A program made the translations under genes and the position numbers. Under the pieces are notes generated by a model. It was given only the letters and a program-made list of their open reading frames with translations. It made no database searches and was not told the DNA's origin. This document shows, piece by piece, positions 48,301-62,000 of a DNA stretch of 64,000 bases (positions are counted from its first letter, which is position 1; the number at the start of each line of letters is the position of its first letter). This DNA is from Vicugna vicugna (Eukaryota). The stretch is taken from NCBI GenBank assembly GCA_013265495.1, contig MU057947.1, forward strand, positions 1,002,048 through 1,066,047. Direction: 5' to 3'.

Positions 48301-51300
48301 AGGCAGGTCAGCGCCCCCCAGCTGCAGAGAATGTGCCCAGGACTTCCTGATTTGTTCACGTCCCCCACTCCTTGGTGTCCTTCTGACCACCTGGGTTTTA
48401 TTAGTTGAGGCTGCAGCCTGGACACCGTCAGGTCCAGTTGTTTCATGACTGAGACGTACGCATGTTCACGAAGTTCTTCCTCTCAGTTGATCTGGATTTG
48501 CACCTGTGGCCCGTCTTGTCAGTCAGGGTGCACGCACATTCCTTTCATTTGGGGCTGATCCACCCAGGCTGAGACTCCTCCCTCCTCGCAGGTCCCAGCT
48601 CACAGGCAGGACCCCCTCCTGCGGCCCTAGCGAGCACTCCTGTCCAGAGGAAATTGCCACATCTGAAGGAGAGAAGACGCAACCCCTCAGGTGCAAAGGG
48701 CTTTGGGAGGTGAGGGGGCGCGGAAATCTCCCACATCCCAGCCTCCTGGACACCTTACGGCCTCCCAGACCCCCGGCAGTGACCGCCTGGCCAGTGAGAT
48801 GTTGGGTGTCTCGGGGGCTTCCGGGACCGCTCCTGATTTTCCCCAAGTCAAGGGGACACTGGGGCTTTCCCTGCTTCTTCTGCCTCCTCCCCTGCTGCCT
48901 TCAGGGTGATGTGGCTGCCGGAGGGTCCCACAGGGAGGCCGACCCTCCCTGCGTCCAGCCATGGAACCAAAGCTGTCTGCGGCAGCCGTGTGTGGACTCT
49001 GCTTGGCTTTACGCCCCGTGTGCTGTGTTTGTGATGGGCCTGAGTCTTGGAGCCCTTAGCATTTCCGACAGGTATAGAAAGGCCTAAGGACGGCCGGCTC
49101 TTACTTGCCAAAGATCACAGTCCGCTGTCCCCACAACGTGGTGGCCGTCACTGCTTTGTGGCCATCCTGGGAGGTGTTAGTGGACACAGCCTGCAGGAGA
49201 GCAAGCTTCCGGACGCAGCGTTCAGTGGGGGACTCCTGGAGTCGGGGCCAGTGGCTCCCCAGTAGGTCGTCCCCACCACCTGCCCTGGCACCCCCTTCAC
49301 TGTCATGACCCCCACCCCCTGGGGCAGCTGAGAAGGTGGGACACCCCGGGTGGGACGAAGTCTGAGGGGCTTCCTGGGGCAGGAGGAAGGAGACTGCGGG
49401 GGGAGGGCTTTGTTCCCTGAGAGGAGAGCTTGGCTGGCCCCCCCCCGGGGGGGGATGAGCTGCTGCTGTGGGTCCTTTGATCAGGGCGGGGCCAAGGCCC
49501 CCTTCTGCTCCCCGGGGCGGGAGGCGGGGTGACTAGCGCGGGTGCCCCTCGGTGCTCCCCCCAAGGCTGGACGCAGAACGCAGAGCTGGTTTTGACTGTC
49601 AAGATGACAGCGCCAGTTTGGGAAGACAGAGAGAGACCTGGCCCTTCTCCCCTGGAGAGGGGGAGGCCCAGCACTGCCCCCGTGGCCCGTCCTGAGGCCG
49701 AAGGCCCTGACCTCTCTCCAGTCCCCTGGCGATTGTCCGGGGACTAAAGGAGATGCCACAGGGAAGCAGGGCCAGGTTAAGGACAGAGCTGCTGTGATCC
49801 TGGGGGGTTGTGGTCAGAGTGCGGGGAAGGTGAACGAGGCCGAAACAGAAGACTGGGGTCCAGCCGCCCTTAGAGTAGCTCTTCAGCTGACTCAGCGAAT
49901 CTGCAGTTCGTCCGCATTCCCTCGTCAGGCGGGGGGGTACAGGGGTGGGGGTGGCTGCAGAGGGGCTGGCGGTGGTGGGGCTGCAGCCCGGGCCCGGCCC
50001 TGCCAGAGGTGGGATGCAGCGCCCGGAGGGTGCTGGGGCGGAACGCCCTTCCCGCTCCAGGTGCCCCCGCCCGCCTCCTCACCTGGGGGAGGTGAGGGGT
50101 CTGGTCCGCCTGCCGGGGGTCGGGTCACGGCAGCGCCTTGGTTTTGCTCTGCAAAGCAGTAACTACCGGGTACAGCTCAACCTAGTTCGCGGCTCCGTCC
50201 CAGCTTTCTGATTCGTTCAGAGGGGATGGTGGTCCTGCCCTGCAGGATTGCTTAGGGTTGAATGAGGTGTCTGTGCCCACGGGGCGGCACAGTGCCTTAT
50301 ACCAACTACTAAGCTATTGAGGTGAGAGAGCAGGGAACTGTCGTGCCCTAAATTCACAGATGGACACCGAGGCCCCGCTTCTAAAGCTCATGCAACTTAA
50401 GGTGGAAGCAAATGAAATAAAATGGTGGATGAAAACCTGAATGGCTGTCAGCGTCAGCATTGTGGCTGGTGTCCACGAACCGTTCTCTTGTGTCAGGTAT
50501 GCCGTCCGGGCCTGGGGTGAGGGTGGGGGGCTGTCTCTATTCTGCACAGGATCTGGCATACTTTGGGGCCTTATAAATATACGGTAGGGATAAATTAGCT
50601 TTTCCACATAAACTCCTTTTAAACTGTTTTCTTTGCTCTGTCTGCATTCACAGTGTCAGCACATCTCCTCTTACTTGGCGATCGGATGGTTTGTTTTCCA
50701 ACTGGCTGGAAACCGTGTTTTCCTCTGTCGTTTGTAATACATTTCTCGTGTTGGAGCAGGAAGCTCTCCCCGAGCTGGCATGTCTCTGTAATACAAACAG
50801 AAGAGCTTTTAAAATTAACAGGACATCAGAGACTTAGGTTTGTTGTAAAATTTCTCCAGGAACACAGTCTGCATACAGATGCCCAGGCTCCAGATTTGGC
50901 AAGCATCCTTTGAACATCTCCACTGTGGCGGGCCTGGCCGGGCAGCGTGTGCTCTCCCTCCCTTCAGCCCCGTGCGAGCCCAGCTGCTCCGTTTTCCAGG
51001 GAGACAGGGCACAGGCCTTGCCGGGAGAGGTAGAGGCAGGCTTGGAGCCTCAGCTGGGCTGTCATCTCTGTGGGCATCACGGAGGCCTGGGAGGCACAGC
51101 TGGGGTGGCAGCAGTGACGGCGGCAGCAAGGATTTCCCTGAGAACTTGTCACTCGCGCGTCTGCGTGCCAAGTGCTTTTCCTCCGTTGTCTCTTGTGGGG
51201 CAGGTCTGGTCCCCACGGCGCCTGGCCATGGCTGGTCCTCATGGTGGGTTGGAGGGGGGCCAGCAGGTCAGGCTGGTTCCAGGAATGATGAAGCTAAATG

Positions 51301-51864
51301 TGGCCACCTACGCATGGCCTCCAGAAAGTGAGGAAGGCGTTCGTGCAGAAGACACTTGCAGGCTGGCAGTCGAGGCTGAATCAGTGGACAGATGTGATGG
51401 GTGGAAAGACGTTCGGCCTCTGTCACCCCAGCCTGGTAGGGCTTTGCAGACCCCACTGTGTGCTGGTCTTCAAAGGCCTTGAGGCATGTGTGTCTAAAAT
51501 GCGAACACGGGGAAAGTGCGCCTGGCACCACTGGGAGCTCTGTCCGTCCCTGGGGTCCGTGCAGGTGCTGTGCGTCGCTTCTGTTTGATGGACGCACGCG
51601 CAGAGCAGCAGCTCTGGGTGTGGGGTAACGAGGTCATAGCCCCAGAGACGCCTTCGGGTGAACTATTTTGGGACTTGATGTGCGCTTCTCATTTTATTGT
51701 AGGTCGTTCCAGACAGATGGCTGTATGAACCGACACTGCCTCAGGTGTAGGGAGCCTCCCGTCGCAGGAGGCAGTCAGGTGGAGGCTGTGCACGTTGACT
51801 TACTGGGGTCTTCACATTTCATGGGGGTTTCTGGTAGACAACATACAGCGCGTCTCTCTGTTCT

Positions 51865-53870
51865 ACGAAGGCTGAAAATTTTTGTCTTTAATTGTTAGTG
51901 TGTTTATTAGACCATTTACAGTTAATGTAATTACCAATATATTTGGGTAGAAATCTAGTATCTTGTTTTCTGTTTCTCGTCTCTGTTCTTTTTTCCTTTT
52001 TGCCTCTTTTTCTGAATTATTTGGGATTATTTGAGTAGCTTTTATATTTAATTTTTTTCTTTTTTTTATTGAGATGGAGTTGACATATGACATTAGATTA
52101 GCTTCATGTGTACAGCATAGTGATTCAGTATTTGTATACATTAAATTTTATCTCCACTGTTTGCTTCCTAGTTCTTTTTTCTTTGTTATTTTTAGTGGCT
52201 GCTCTAGGACTTCTATATAGTGTAAGAACATTTCTTTTTGCTTGAAGAGCTTCCTGTTTTTTTTGTCACATGCTTCTGCTAGAGATGAATTCTCTCAGCT
52301 TCTGTTTGTTTCAGAAGGTCTGTACGTGCCTTTCTTTTTCAAATAGATTTTTGCTGCTGAGTGTAGAATTCCAAGTTGACATTTTTCTTCAACAATAGTG
52401 ATATATTTCCACTGTGTTCTGGATTTTGTAGCTTCTGATAAGAACTCTGCCATCGTTCTTACCTTCATTCTTTTGCACACAGTGTGTCTTGTGTTCCTCT
52501 GACTCCTTTTAAGGTTTTCTCTCGTGCTGTTTGCAGCAGTGTGGCTGTGACGTGCCTGTGCCACTGTAGTTACTTCGTTACTTACTTATTTGTGGATTTA
52601 TGTTTACTCTGTTGCTTGTCCAGCTTCTTGGAGCTGTAGGTTTACCTGTGTCACCTAATTCGGGTCCCTTTCATTCTGTTTTCTGTCTCCCTTCTCTCCC
52701 TTCTTCTCATTGGACTCCAAACATGCGTTTATTTTAAACCACTTTAAATTGTTCCGAAGGTCACCGAGCCCCTGTTCATCTTTCTTCTCTGTGCTTCATT
52801 GTGTTTAGTTTTTGCTTTGTAGTCAGGTTTGATCTCTTCCACGGTGTCTGATCTGCTGTTCATTTCATCAGGTGCACTTTTAAAATTTCAGATGTTGTGT
52901 TTTTCAGGTCTGGAAGTTTTCCTTGGGTCTTTAAAAAATACCTTCCACGTCTCTTCTCACCGCGTCCTGTTTTCTTCGCTGAGCGGGCAGCGCGTGTTGG
53001 TAACAGCTGTGCTAGTGTCCTTGTCTGCTCGTTCCTTCTCTTCTGCTCGTTTCTATGGATGGATTTCTCTCCTTGCTGTGGGTCACACTTCCCTGCTTTT
53101 TTGTATGTATATGAGTTTTTGCTTGGATGCCGGACACTTTCTATTGAGTGCAGCATTTTGTTTCATTCCTGTAGAGAATGTTGGCCTTTTTCTGGCTGGT
53201 AATTACATTACTTAGGGATTACTGTGATCCTTCTGGGGCTCACTTTTAAGTCCTTTTAGAGTAGGGGTGTGTGTGTGTGTGTGTGTGTGTGTGTTGTCCT
53301 AGAGCTAATACAGCTCCATTTTAAAGAGCGGCCCTCCTGGGGTCTCTGCTGAATGCCTGTGTCTTTAATTAGGTCTCCCCAGTCTGACTGGAGAAAGTCG
53401 GCCAGCCCCGCCCTGTGTGAGCGCCGGGGCGGTGTGTCTGACAGCTGCCCGGGGCTGTTCCTCCTGGGGAGCTGGTCTTGTCCAGCCTGCTGGGCCCTCT
53501 TTGGCTCGTGTGTAGATCGGTATTTAGCCAAAGACTCAAGGAAGCCCCAGGCGCATTCCTCTCTGGGATTCCGCTGCTAAATTCTGGCTGCCTGGACCCC
53601 TATAAACTCTGGTTTCCTCAGCTCAGAGACCACTGGGCCCTGTTGGGGTTCCCCCTATGTGTTCTGTGGCCCAGAGTCAGCCTCAGACCGTGAGCTGGGG
53701 TGAGCGCAAGGCTCAATTCATTTATGTCTCTTCCCTTAGGGTTCACAGTCTTGCACTGCCTTCTGTCCATGTTTTTGCAGTTATTTTTTATCTTTTATCT
53801 GATTTTCTAGATTTTACGGGGGAGGACAGTTCCCGTAGCAGATAATCCTTCGTGACCAATAACAAAAGTT
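51865..53870 (-). mobile_element. Old L1M 5' portion (decayed ORF1 to ORF2 start), with a small L1 3'-tail insert at ~52055-52140 and a (GT)n tract
   Basis: ORF 52295-52564(-) KVRTMAEFLSEATKSRTQWKYI...KCQLGILH..AKI resembles the L1 ORF1p C-terminal domain. ILVITLTVNGLINT at ~51900(-) resembles the ORF2p N-terminus (ITLNVNGLN). Confidence 0.78.
53267..53294. repeat. (GT)n microsatellite
   Basis: About 14 uninterrupted GT units. Confidence 0.95.
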
Positions 53871-54441
53871 CCTGATAGTTACTTTTCAAAGACTGTTCTG
53901 AGTCCTTTATTGTTGAAATGGTCTCTTGTCATCTTGGGAGGTGGCAGCCGCCAGAGCGGGGAGTGACCCACTGCTTGTGGGTGTGGGGAAGCCCCGGGGA
54001 CCCGGCAGGGCAGCGGGGCTGGAAACCCGGGCGGTGCTGGTGGTTTGTTGTTGCGAGGAGACGGGGAGGGAGGCACGAGGTGTGATGCGTTTGGACAAGT
54101 GGCGCCTCCTCCTGCCTGGTGCTCAGTGAGTGTCCAGGGATCTGCAGACACGTCGTGGGGGTGGGACATCAGAGCCGTGTTATCTTTAGGGACTGCCAGG
54201 GGGATTGCATCCTCTTTCCTTTCTGACATTTTAGGAGAAGAGACAGGGTGCGTTTTTTCCTGAAAATGTGTTTGGTGGCCCTGGTGGCAGCAGCAGTGTA
54301 CTTTGAAGGTTTGCTCACTGCAGAGAAGTGAGAATGAAATTCAAGTGCAGAAACAAACTATTATTGAATGCAGCTAGCTCTTGATTGCTCTTATGAGACC
54401 CTCAGTGGCAAGTCTGCGTACTGGTCAAGACCGTGAGCCCA

Positions 54442-54870
54442 CGTTCCCGGAAAACTGGCCTCTGTACCCTGAGAGCTGAACTGAGGGTCGGAGGCAGAGT
54501 TTTGGGAGAATTAAAAGAGCTTTATTGCTTTGCCAGACAAAGGGAGTCACAGCGGGCTAGCGCCTTAAAGACTGTGAGCCTGCCCGCCCTGGGGTCAGGG
54601 TCCTGGGGTTTTATGGAAAAGTGGGAAGAAGAGGGTGAGGACAGTCAGGGTGTGGGCCGGACTAGATTCCTTTCATCCTGAGAAGAACTTGCTGTTGTTA
54701 TGGAGGAGTTGAGGGTCTGCCCATTTTCTCGAGGTTCAGCCCGTGACCTTTCGAGACCTCTCGGGTGAAAGGATAAGAAAAGAAGGCACAGGAGGGGAGC
54801 GGGTCAGTCATAAGGTCAGCTTGCTGGAAGCACAGGCCCGAGCAGCTCAGTAGCCACCTTGTTCGTTTTC
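54442..54870 (-). mobile_element. ERV1-class LTR (ungulate type)
   Basis: cagagttttgggagaattaaaagagctttattgctttgccagacaaaggg includes the reversed AATAAA and resembles a recalled cetartiodactyl LTR. Boundaries approximate. Confidence 0.65.
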
Positions 54871-54934
54871 TGTCTTTCGCCCAGCACTGCCTGGTTGAGT
54901 TTGTGTCCTGCCTCCCCGCTTCCTGGCTGTTCTT

Positions 54935-55088
54935 TTTTGGGCAAATTGCTGATCATCTTTTCTAGCCTCAGTGGGCACATCAGTAAAATGGGACAGCAGC
55001 CTCAAGGGGATCGTTAGGAAGACCGAACGAGATGGTGCACGCAGGGTGCCCGGCACAGAGCAGGCGTCCCGTGAACGCTGGCTGATAC
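54935..55088 (+). mobile_element. MIR SINE fragment
   Basis: ttgggcaaattgct...gcctcagt...catcagtaaaatggga...gtgcccggcacagagcaggcg. Confidence 0.7.
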
Positions 55089-55944
55089 CACTGTGGACGC
55101 CACTGTTGATGGCCAGGGGAGTTCTCTCCCGCCAGGGCAGAGCTGCAGGATCACCTAATCAATGGGGTGGCTGTCACACGGAACAACAGAACACATGGGC
55201 CGCCTCAACCCCCATGGGTCCCTTCAAACATCTCCCGAAGCAGGACTGGCTGCTCCTGGAACACCCGGGGAGCTTGTTCAAGTACAGCACCGCCCCCCCG
55301 CCCAGCTGGGTCCGAAGGTTTGGGGCATGCATGTTTACCTGTTCCGTGGGCAACTCTGACCTACCTGTGGCTGGGTTTGGAACCGTCAGTTTACCCAAAA
55401 TGGGTTTTTCTCATTTGATCAGTAAGTAAAAACAAGTGAAATGTTGGAAAGAAAAGAAACAACAATAAAAATAATACTAAATGCTCCAAAAGGTGTTTTG
55501 GGCTGTAATCCACGGAATGCCTGCCTCTGGCTGCTGGGTGTAGATTAGACCTGCTGCCACGAAAGCGTAAGTTCTGTTCTTTCGTTTTCCAAGGTGCTTC
55601 CTGGTTTTGTTTTCTGCCGTTTTTGATGGTCACTTTGGAACCAAGCCGTCAGTAGATTCAGGTGAAGAAATCAAAAGAGTAGATGGCTTGATTAAATCTC
55701 TGAAGCCCGTGTGCTCCTGATGGAGAGAAAGACAGAGGGGCCGCCTGGTTCCTGCCACGGGCGTCGGTGACCCTCAGTGCTGGCCTCTGTCTCTCCGTCA
55801 AGCCTGCCGTCGCTCTTCCTCCTGTATGGTTTTAGAACAGATTCCCAGTATCGCATGATGTTTCCCATAAATGCTTTCATGTCTCTTGCTAATAGAGAAG
55901 GACTCATGAAGAAAAGAACCAGAATTCCATTATTATTAGTGGAT

Positions 55945-56590
55945 TGTGAGACCCTTAAGTTAGGAAGCCCACCACAGCGCGGTCCTGGCCGCCGGCGGCG
56001 AAAGCACTCGCGCAGCAGAGGCAGAGGGGCACAGCGAGGGCGCAGTATTGCTCAGAAGGGGAAATGGAAGGAAAGGCGCTCAGGCGGGAGCCGTCAGCCA
56101 GGATGGCCAGTCCCGGCAGCCCCGGCTCCGGGGCGGCCACGTGGGCTGTTAGGGGAAGCTCCTGCCACCACGGCCTCCTTCCGGGCGTGTGGGGGCCAGT
56201 CGCCATTTTTTTCTGTCCATGTGTGAACTTTTCCGGCTGTTGTCATGGCAACTGTCAGCATCATGGTGCCGGTGGGTGTGTCACTGGGCAGCTAACCTAT
56301 GACAACGTGCGTATAATGAGGTCAAGGTCACTGGGAGCCGAGTCCTCGACCACCTTGGGCCTCGTGGTTCTGCCTGGTCCTTGTTTCTGCTCTGCGGCTG
56401 CCTCCTGAGACTTAGAGTCCTCAGTTTGTAGATGAGGAAGGGGCAGGGGTGTGGTCCTAGGGGCGGGAACTCGGTAACAAGAAGGAAGTTGCTTTTACCC
56501 AGAATGCTGGCCGTCTGGTGGGCTCAGCATCCCCCCAAAACCGTTTCTGAAAGTTCTGCTCAGGCATGAAAAGTTTCGGGGAAGTCGTCC
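55945..56590 (-). mobile_element. Two adjacent ERV1-class LTR relics (~55945-56410 and ~56460-56590)
   Basis: The first has tgtcatggcaactgtcagcatcatggtgccggtgggtgtgtca...cgtataatgaggtc. The second has aaggaagttgctttt...ctcagcatcccccc...ttctgctcaggcatgaaaagttt. Both resemble ungulate ERV1 LTRs from recall. Confidence 0.55.
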
Positions 56591-56949
56591 CCGTCAACCA
56601 CCGAGATGGGGGTCAGGATCGTCCCCGGCCCCCACTGTATGCAGACTTCCGGCAGGCTTTGACTCGATCGTCCCTGCTCGGGCCGCGGCTCGGGGCGGCC
56701 GGGGAGACTTCAGCTTTTCTGTGAACAGGAGGCGGGGGCGGGGCTGCCGGCTACTGCCGGGTCTCATCACGCTCAGCAGAACCAACAGTGATCTTGCACC
56801 CAGCCCATGTTCCATTTCCCCCGGCTCCCTAAAAGAATGTATTTGTACAGCGGATTTGGTTTTAATCAGGAGCTGGACACGGTTCACACGTTGCATTTAT
56901 CTGACGCATCTGTTAAGTGACTTTCGGTAAACCGTGACTCCTCCCCGTC

Positions 56950-59030
56950 CTTCCCTCACACCGATGCCTGTGAAGGACCTGGGACGTTTGTCGGGTGGCA
57001 CCTCCCAGGCTCTGCATTCAGCGATTGTCATTTGTGGCTTTGTTGACTGTGTTCTATTATCACTCCCCTTTCCTGTGTGTTGGAAGCTAGACACAGGGTC
57101 TGGTTTGGATCCAGCTTCAGTGTCGTGCTCTGGTGAAGAGGAGACCTCTCTGGGGTGGTGTGTAAGTCACACTTAATCTGCGCACACTTCTCGTTCTGCA
57201 CCCTCCTCTCTCTCACCCTTTCAATTTATTTGTTGGGAAAACCATTTTCTTGGTTCTGTAGGGTTTCCCACAGCTGGGGTTTTGCTGACTGTAGTGCAGG
57301 CTCCGTGTGTGTGTGTGTGTTTTACATTTATTTCCTATCAGCTGGTAATTAGATTTAGAAGTTCAATCAGATTCAAGGTTATGGGGGTTTTTTTGGCAAT
57401 AGAGAGATGTATGCACTTCCATCAAAAGGCAGTGATGTCTGATTCACTCTCTTTTTAGGATGTTAGAAGCCATCAGTGACCATTGCCCAAATCCATTAAT
57501 TTACTAGGGACTGAATTTCAAATGGTGGTGTTATAATTCCTCCTTTATTAGATGTACTCCTCCAAAAAGAAGTTTCTCATTAATTACTTAGTTATCGTAA
57601 GAGAAAGTACCTGATTTGTTTTCTCTGTTTACTGTCTTACAGAATAATGACTTGGTTCTCCAGCATGCACCAAAGATGACCAGTGAGTCTTAAAAAGTTA
57701 CCATTATGAACTCGTGGCTTTGACCAGCGTGATACGTTTAACCTGTTGCAGTGTCTCTCTCGATTCTGAAATTGCTCCGTCTTGGGCTGTGGGAGCACCC
57801 ATGCCCCGGCACTGCCAACAAGGGGCTCCTGAAGCCAGTTCAGCAGGTGCTTTTCGTCCTTAGACTGTATTCCACTAGGATGTACAGTTACCTTGCTGTG
57901 ATTTAAAATTATTTAAAATAATTCCCCTCTAAGAAATCATGCCATTAACTCAAAGCAGTTGTGCTCATATGGCTCAACTTTGAATTTTAGGGACTGATTT
58001 TAAATTTAATTTTGGTTTATAGAAATATTACCTGTTTCTAAAGTCAGATCTGTAACATAAGGTGTGTTTGTAAGAGCTGGGCTTCTCTGCTTGTGGCTTC
58101 CGCTCTGTTCTGTCTCCCTCCAGAAGTACCCATTCAAAATATCCTTTAATTTATGTTATTAGGTACATTTAGAAATGTATTTATTTGCTTTATTTTCATA
58201 TGTTCAGATATATATATTTACTTATTTTAAAAATGCCTACACCTTTCTTAAAAGAATACATACCATATGTATTTCTTTTATCCACCCTGCTTTTTTCCTA
58301 CTTGATAATATCCTGGAGGTCATTCCACGTGACTATATTGAGAAATTCCTCCCTTCTCCTCTACGACTGCGCACCATCCCATTTTGTGAATGTACCATTG
58401 TTTAATCCGACAGTCCCCATTAATGAACATTTGAGTGAATTCTAGTCTTTTCTGTTACTGACTGGCTTGGGGCGTATGTCTAACGTGCACCAGGGTGGAT
58501 TTCTATAGATGCAATTATTGCATCAAAGTAATTACATGTGTAATTTTTATAAATATTACCATATTTCCATACCCTCTGTGATGGTTATGGTACCAGCATG
58601 ACAGTTTAAAAATGCTGTCATTTCTTCTACACTTAGTAGCTGGACTGCCAGTGAAGACTGCCCTCATTAACCTTTTGACTTATCTGAAATACAGTTCCTA
58701 CAGAAAAGGCAAGATACATGCTTTCTTCTTGCCTTTTACATTAAAGTCCATACAGATGGGTTGGTTCCCTAGCAGTCATTTTGAACCTCATCATTTTCAA
58801 TATGATTGTGAACCCACAGATTTGTATCTGTTGTGATTTGACCCATTGTGGTCACTTAAACTTTTAAAAATGCACTTGTTATTTTAGAATAATTTTAGTT
58901 TTACAGAAAAGTTGCCAAGATAGTGTGGAGAGTCCCTACACACTCTTCACACCGTTTCCCTAATGCTAGCATCCTTACATTACACGGCCACTTGTCAGAC
59001 TTAAGAAAAAAACTTTGGTGCTAACTGTCA
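56950..59030 (-). mobile_element. Cluster of ancient L1MC/L1ME 3' UTR fragments
   Basis: AT-rich block with typical motifs (aatccattaatttactaggg; tgaatgtaccattgtttaatcc...ccccattaatgaacattt; ttttagaataattttagttttacagaaaagttgc). Internal boundaries unresolved. Confidence 0.6.
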
Positions 59031-62000
59031 ACCTCTGAATTTCTCTGCAGGGCTGACTCCTATCTGGGAATGTGGCCTCTGTCTGTTCCTGGAATGAGAG
59101 GCTGTCCATCTTTCAGCCTGATTTGGGGAGGGCCTGGTGCCCCTGCTTTGAAAAAAATTAAATTTTTTTTTTGCCACCCTAAAGAGGGGTTAGGTGTTTG
59201 CAATGGGAAAATTAGCAACCTCAGTACGAAACTGTTTTGTACTAAGATGTTCCTGGTCATGGCAGTGTTGTCGTATATTTGGAGCTTCATGTGCTCCCCT
59301 CCACCCGCAAGGATGGAGTTTGGTTGGAGTTTGGAGATGCTTGGCCACGGACTCGGCCTCTTTTGTTTGGGTCCTGATGGCCCCTGCAGGGCCTTTGTGG
59401 AAGTGATCTTAGCTGTGTGTCTGCCTGGCTGTGCGTGTTTTATTTGGATGATTTTGTGTCCTCCTTTGCATCTCTTAAGTTCCGCGTGGATGGTGGTCAC
59501 GTGTGGTTTCCCGGGCTCATGTACCTGGTGTCTGCCATACTGCCCAGCCACGGGAGAGGCTTAAGAACTTTTGTGAATCAGGAAGAAAGTTTGCCCGCAC
59601 TTCCGTAATCCTGAGAGAGCTCCTGGGGCTGTTTGTCTGCTGGCTTTACAAAAACGCCACGAAAGACCAGTTTCAGCAAATGGCCCCGTGGTCTAACCCC
59701 AGAACTCTGCTTGATCCGATTCAGGTGAGCATCAGAGCAAGACTGTTAAAACAGGTTCTGCCAGACAAGGAAACTGTGTGGAAAAAAATGTAGTTTTTAG
59801 TTCTCCCAAAGGCTTATTTTCTCACTTCTTAATGTGAGCCTTTTTCCTTTTTTTTTTTAAAAACAACCTAGTAAATGTAGCAATGTAAAAATTGCTTGTT
59901 CAGAACTTTACAAGCTACAAAATATATTATTGCAAACTGTACTTATATAATACACAGACACGGAGCTATGTAACAATTCCCAGTATGAAATAATCATAAA
60001 ATCCAATATTACTTTTTCCCTGGCATAGCCTGTATTTTTTAATAAACTGTCACTTCTCCTGCTCTCTGAAAACACCAGATTTTCTCTGCAGCCCGAGTTT
60101 TACCCTTTGTCTCGTCTGGAACAGAACAAGCAAGTGCTGCTTATTATCTGTCCCAGAGAATTGCCAGGGGATGTGCAGTGATAAACAAGTTTGCTTTTAA
60201 ATCAGCCTTGAAGTTTTAGGAACTGTCCAAGTGCTGACTGCTTTGGGGGTCAGTGGGGGTGCACAGGTACACAAGCCCCGTGGTTTCCGGCTGTCACTGA
60301 CCCCCTTTGAATGTCATATGCCTTCTTCTGAAAGACACCCATCTGCCGGTGGCTAGGGTTGTGGTCCATGGTCTGGGACACCCCCCGCCCTGGCCTCCGA
60401 TATTTCCAGCATTGTCACCCGCTGGCGCTCCAGTACAGCACACTGCAGCCCAGTGGGAGGCCCTCCCAACTTCTCATTGTCTCTCACCCATTTAGAAAAA
60501 TAGGGGGTGAAAGGGTTATTAAAGGGGTTGTCCTGAGACCCCAAAGGCAAGAGCAGCCCTCTGTTCTGTGGAGGAAGAACTTGCCCTCGCTGGGGGCCGG
60601 CCCCTCAGGCCCCCGCCTGCCCCACGTGGTCCTCAGGCAGAGGAGATGGTTATGCAGGAGCCCGGCGCAGATTCCAGCAGCCGTTCCCCACCGGGGGGCA
60701 GCAGGGGTTCATGATGGAAGCCGGGCCTGCCTTTTCTGGTGCAGTTTTATTTTGAACCTTCTCTCCCTGTGTGCAAATGTTTGCTTTGAGTCTGGGGAGC
60801 CTGTCGATTTGTGCCAAGTGCAGTTCCTGACGAGGCCGGCAGGCTCTGGGCTGCTTCTTGGTGGAGGTGATGTAGATATTAGCAGTAATCGTAATAGAGG
60901 AAGGAGCTCAAGACCTGCCCTTGAAGGGCCTGCGGTTGACCAGGTGGCCTGGCTCTGGGTGGGTGGGGGGCGCCCACTTCTGGGCGTGGGGTCAGGAAGC
61001 CAGTTGGTGCTGGGCACCTAAGCCACATTCTCTAAGATGGGCAAGGTGGGCACCTGACCCCCTCTATCTTACTCTTCTGTGTCTAACTGTTTCAAGACTC
61101 GGGGGCCGGAGGGGAAATGAGCATTTGCCTCCCACCCTGCTGGGGAGGAGCGGCTGAGGGCCATCTCTGAGTACTCGGCTCAGCAGAAGTCAGGGTCCCA
61201 GTTTCTGTGAGCAGGGGTGGGAGGGAGGGAGGGGCCTAGGTGCCCGGGGCTGGTCCTAGGGGCTTTGTGGGGACACTAGGCGAGCACAGGTGGGATGCTG
61301 CAGGGCTGGTGAGACCCAGGGCGGAGAGCAGACTGGGTCCAGATGACCTCACCCGCCCTTGGGAGCGGGAGAAAACCCAATCGCTTGAAAGACCGAGGCC
61401 CTAGAAACTGCAGATTTGGGCGGAGACACGTGCTGCAAACCGCACATCTTTGTCCAAGTGCAGGTCAGAGCGGCCCGTGCGTGGCAGGGCAGGCTTTTCC
61501 CCTGAATACGCCTTCCTCAGAGAGCCATGATGCACCTTTTACTGGGCTCTGAGCGCACACTGGAGTTCTCTGGATTTTCTCTTTCTGCATTTTCTGAATC
61601 GAATCTGTACCCTTCGGCCTCCAGCACTTGGGGCTGGCCACGGTGGTGGGTGGCTGTGTTCTCAATAGCCAAAAAGCAATTTGAAAATGGAGTAATGTCA
61701 CGGGTGAAACATGGGGTCATGGTTCTGAAGGACTGGCCACTACTCTGTCCGCTTGAGGGGCGGGGGGCTCTGAGCCCTGGTGTCTTTAGCGTAGGCAGTA
61801 CTTCAGGCCCAGGTGTTTGTAGGACGTGCACTCTGATCTCTGCCGGGGAGGAAGGGGGTCTTCACATCTGCTCCGGCCCCCCAGCACAGAAACCTCCCCA
61901 GCCCAGCAGCTCTAAAACGGAAATGGTGCCACACCCCAGCAGAGCGCAGGCCGGGTCCCCACCCTGCCTCTTTGGTCCACGACATTGCACATCATACGTG

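Noticed and set aside
59060..59564. Antiparallel overlapping ORFs of 163 and 164 aa
   Set aside because: Neither resembles a protein I recognise, and I saw no supporting exon structure. A BLASTP/PhyloCSF check could overturn this.
60359..61021. 220-aa ORF on the + strand
   Set aside because: Non-ATG start, no domain signature and random-like composition.
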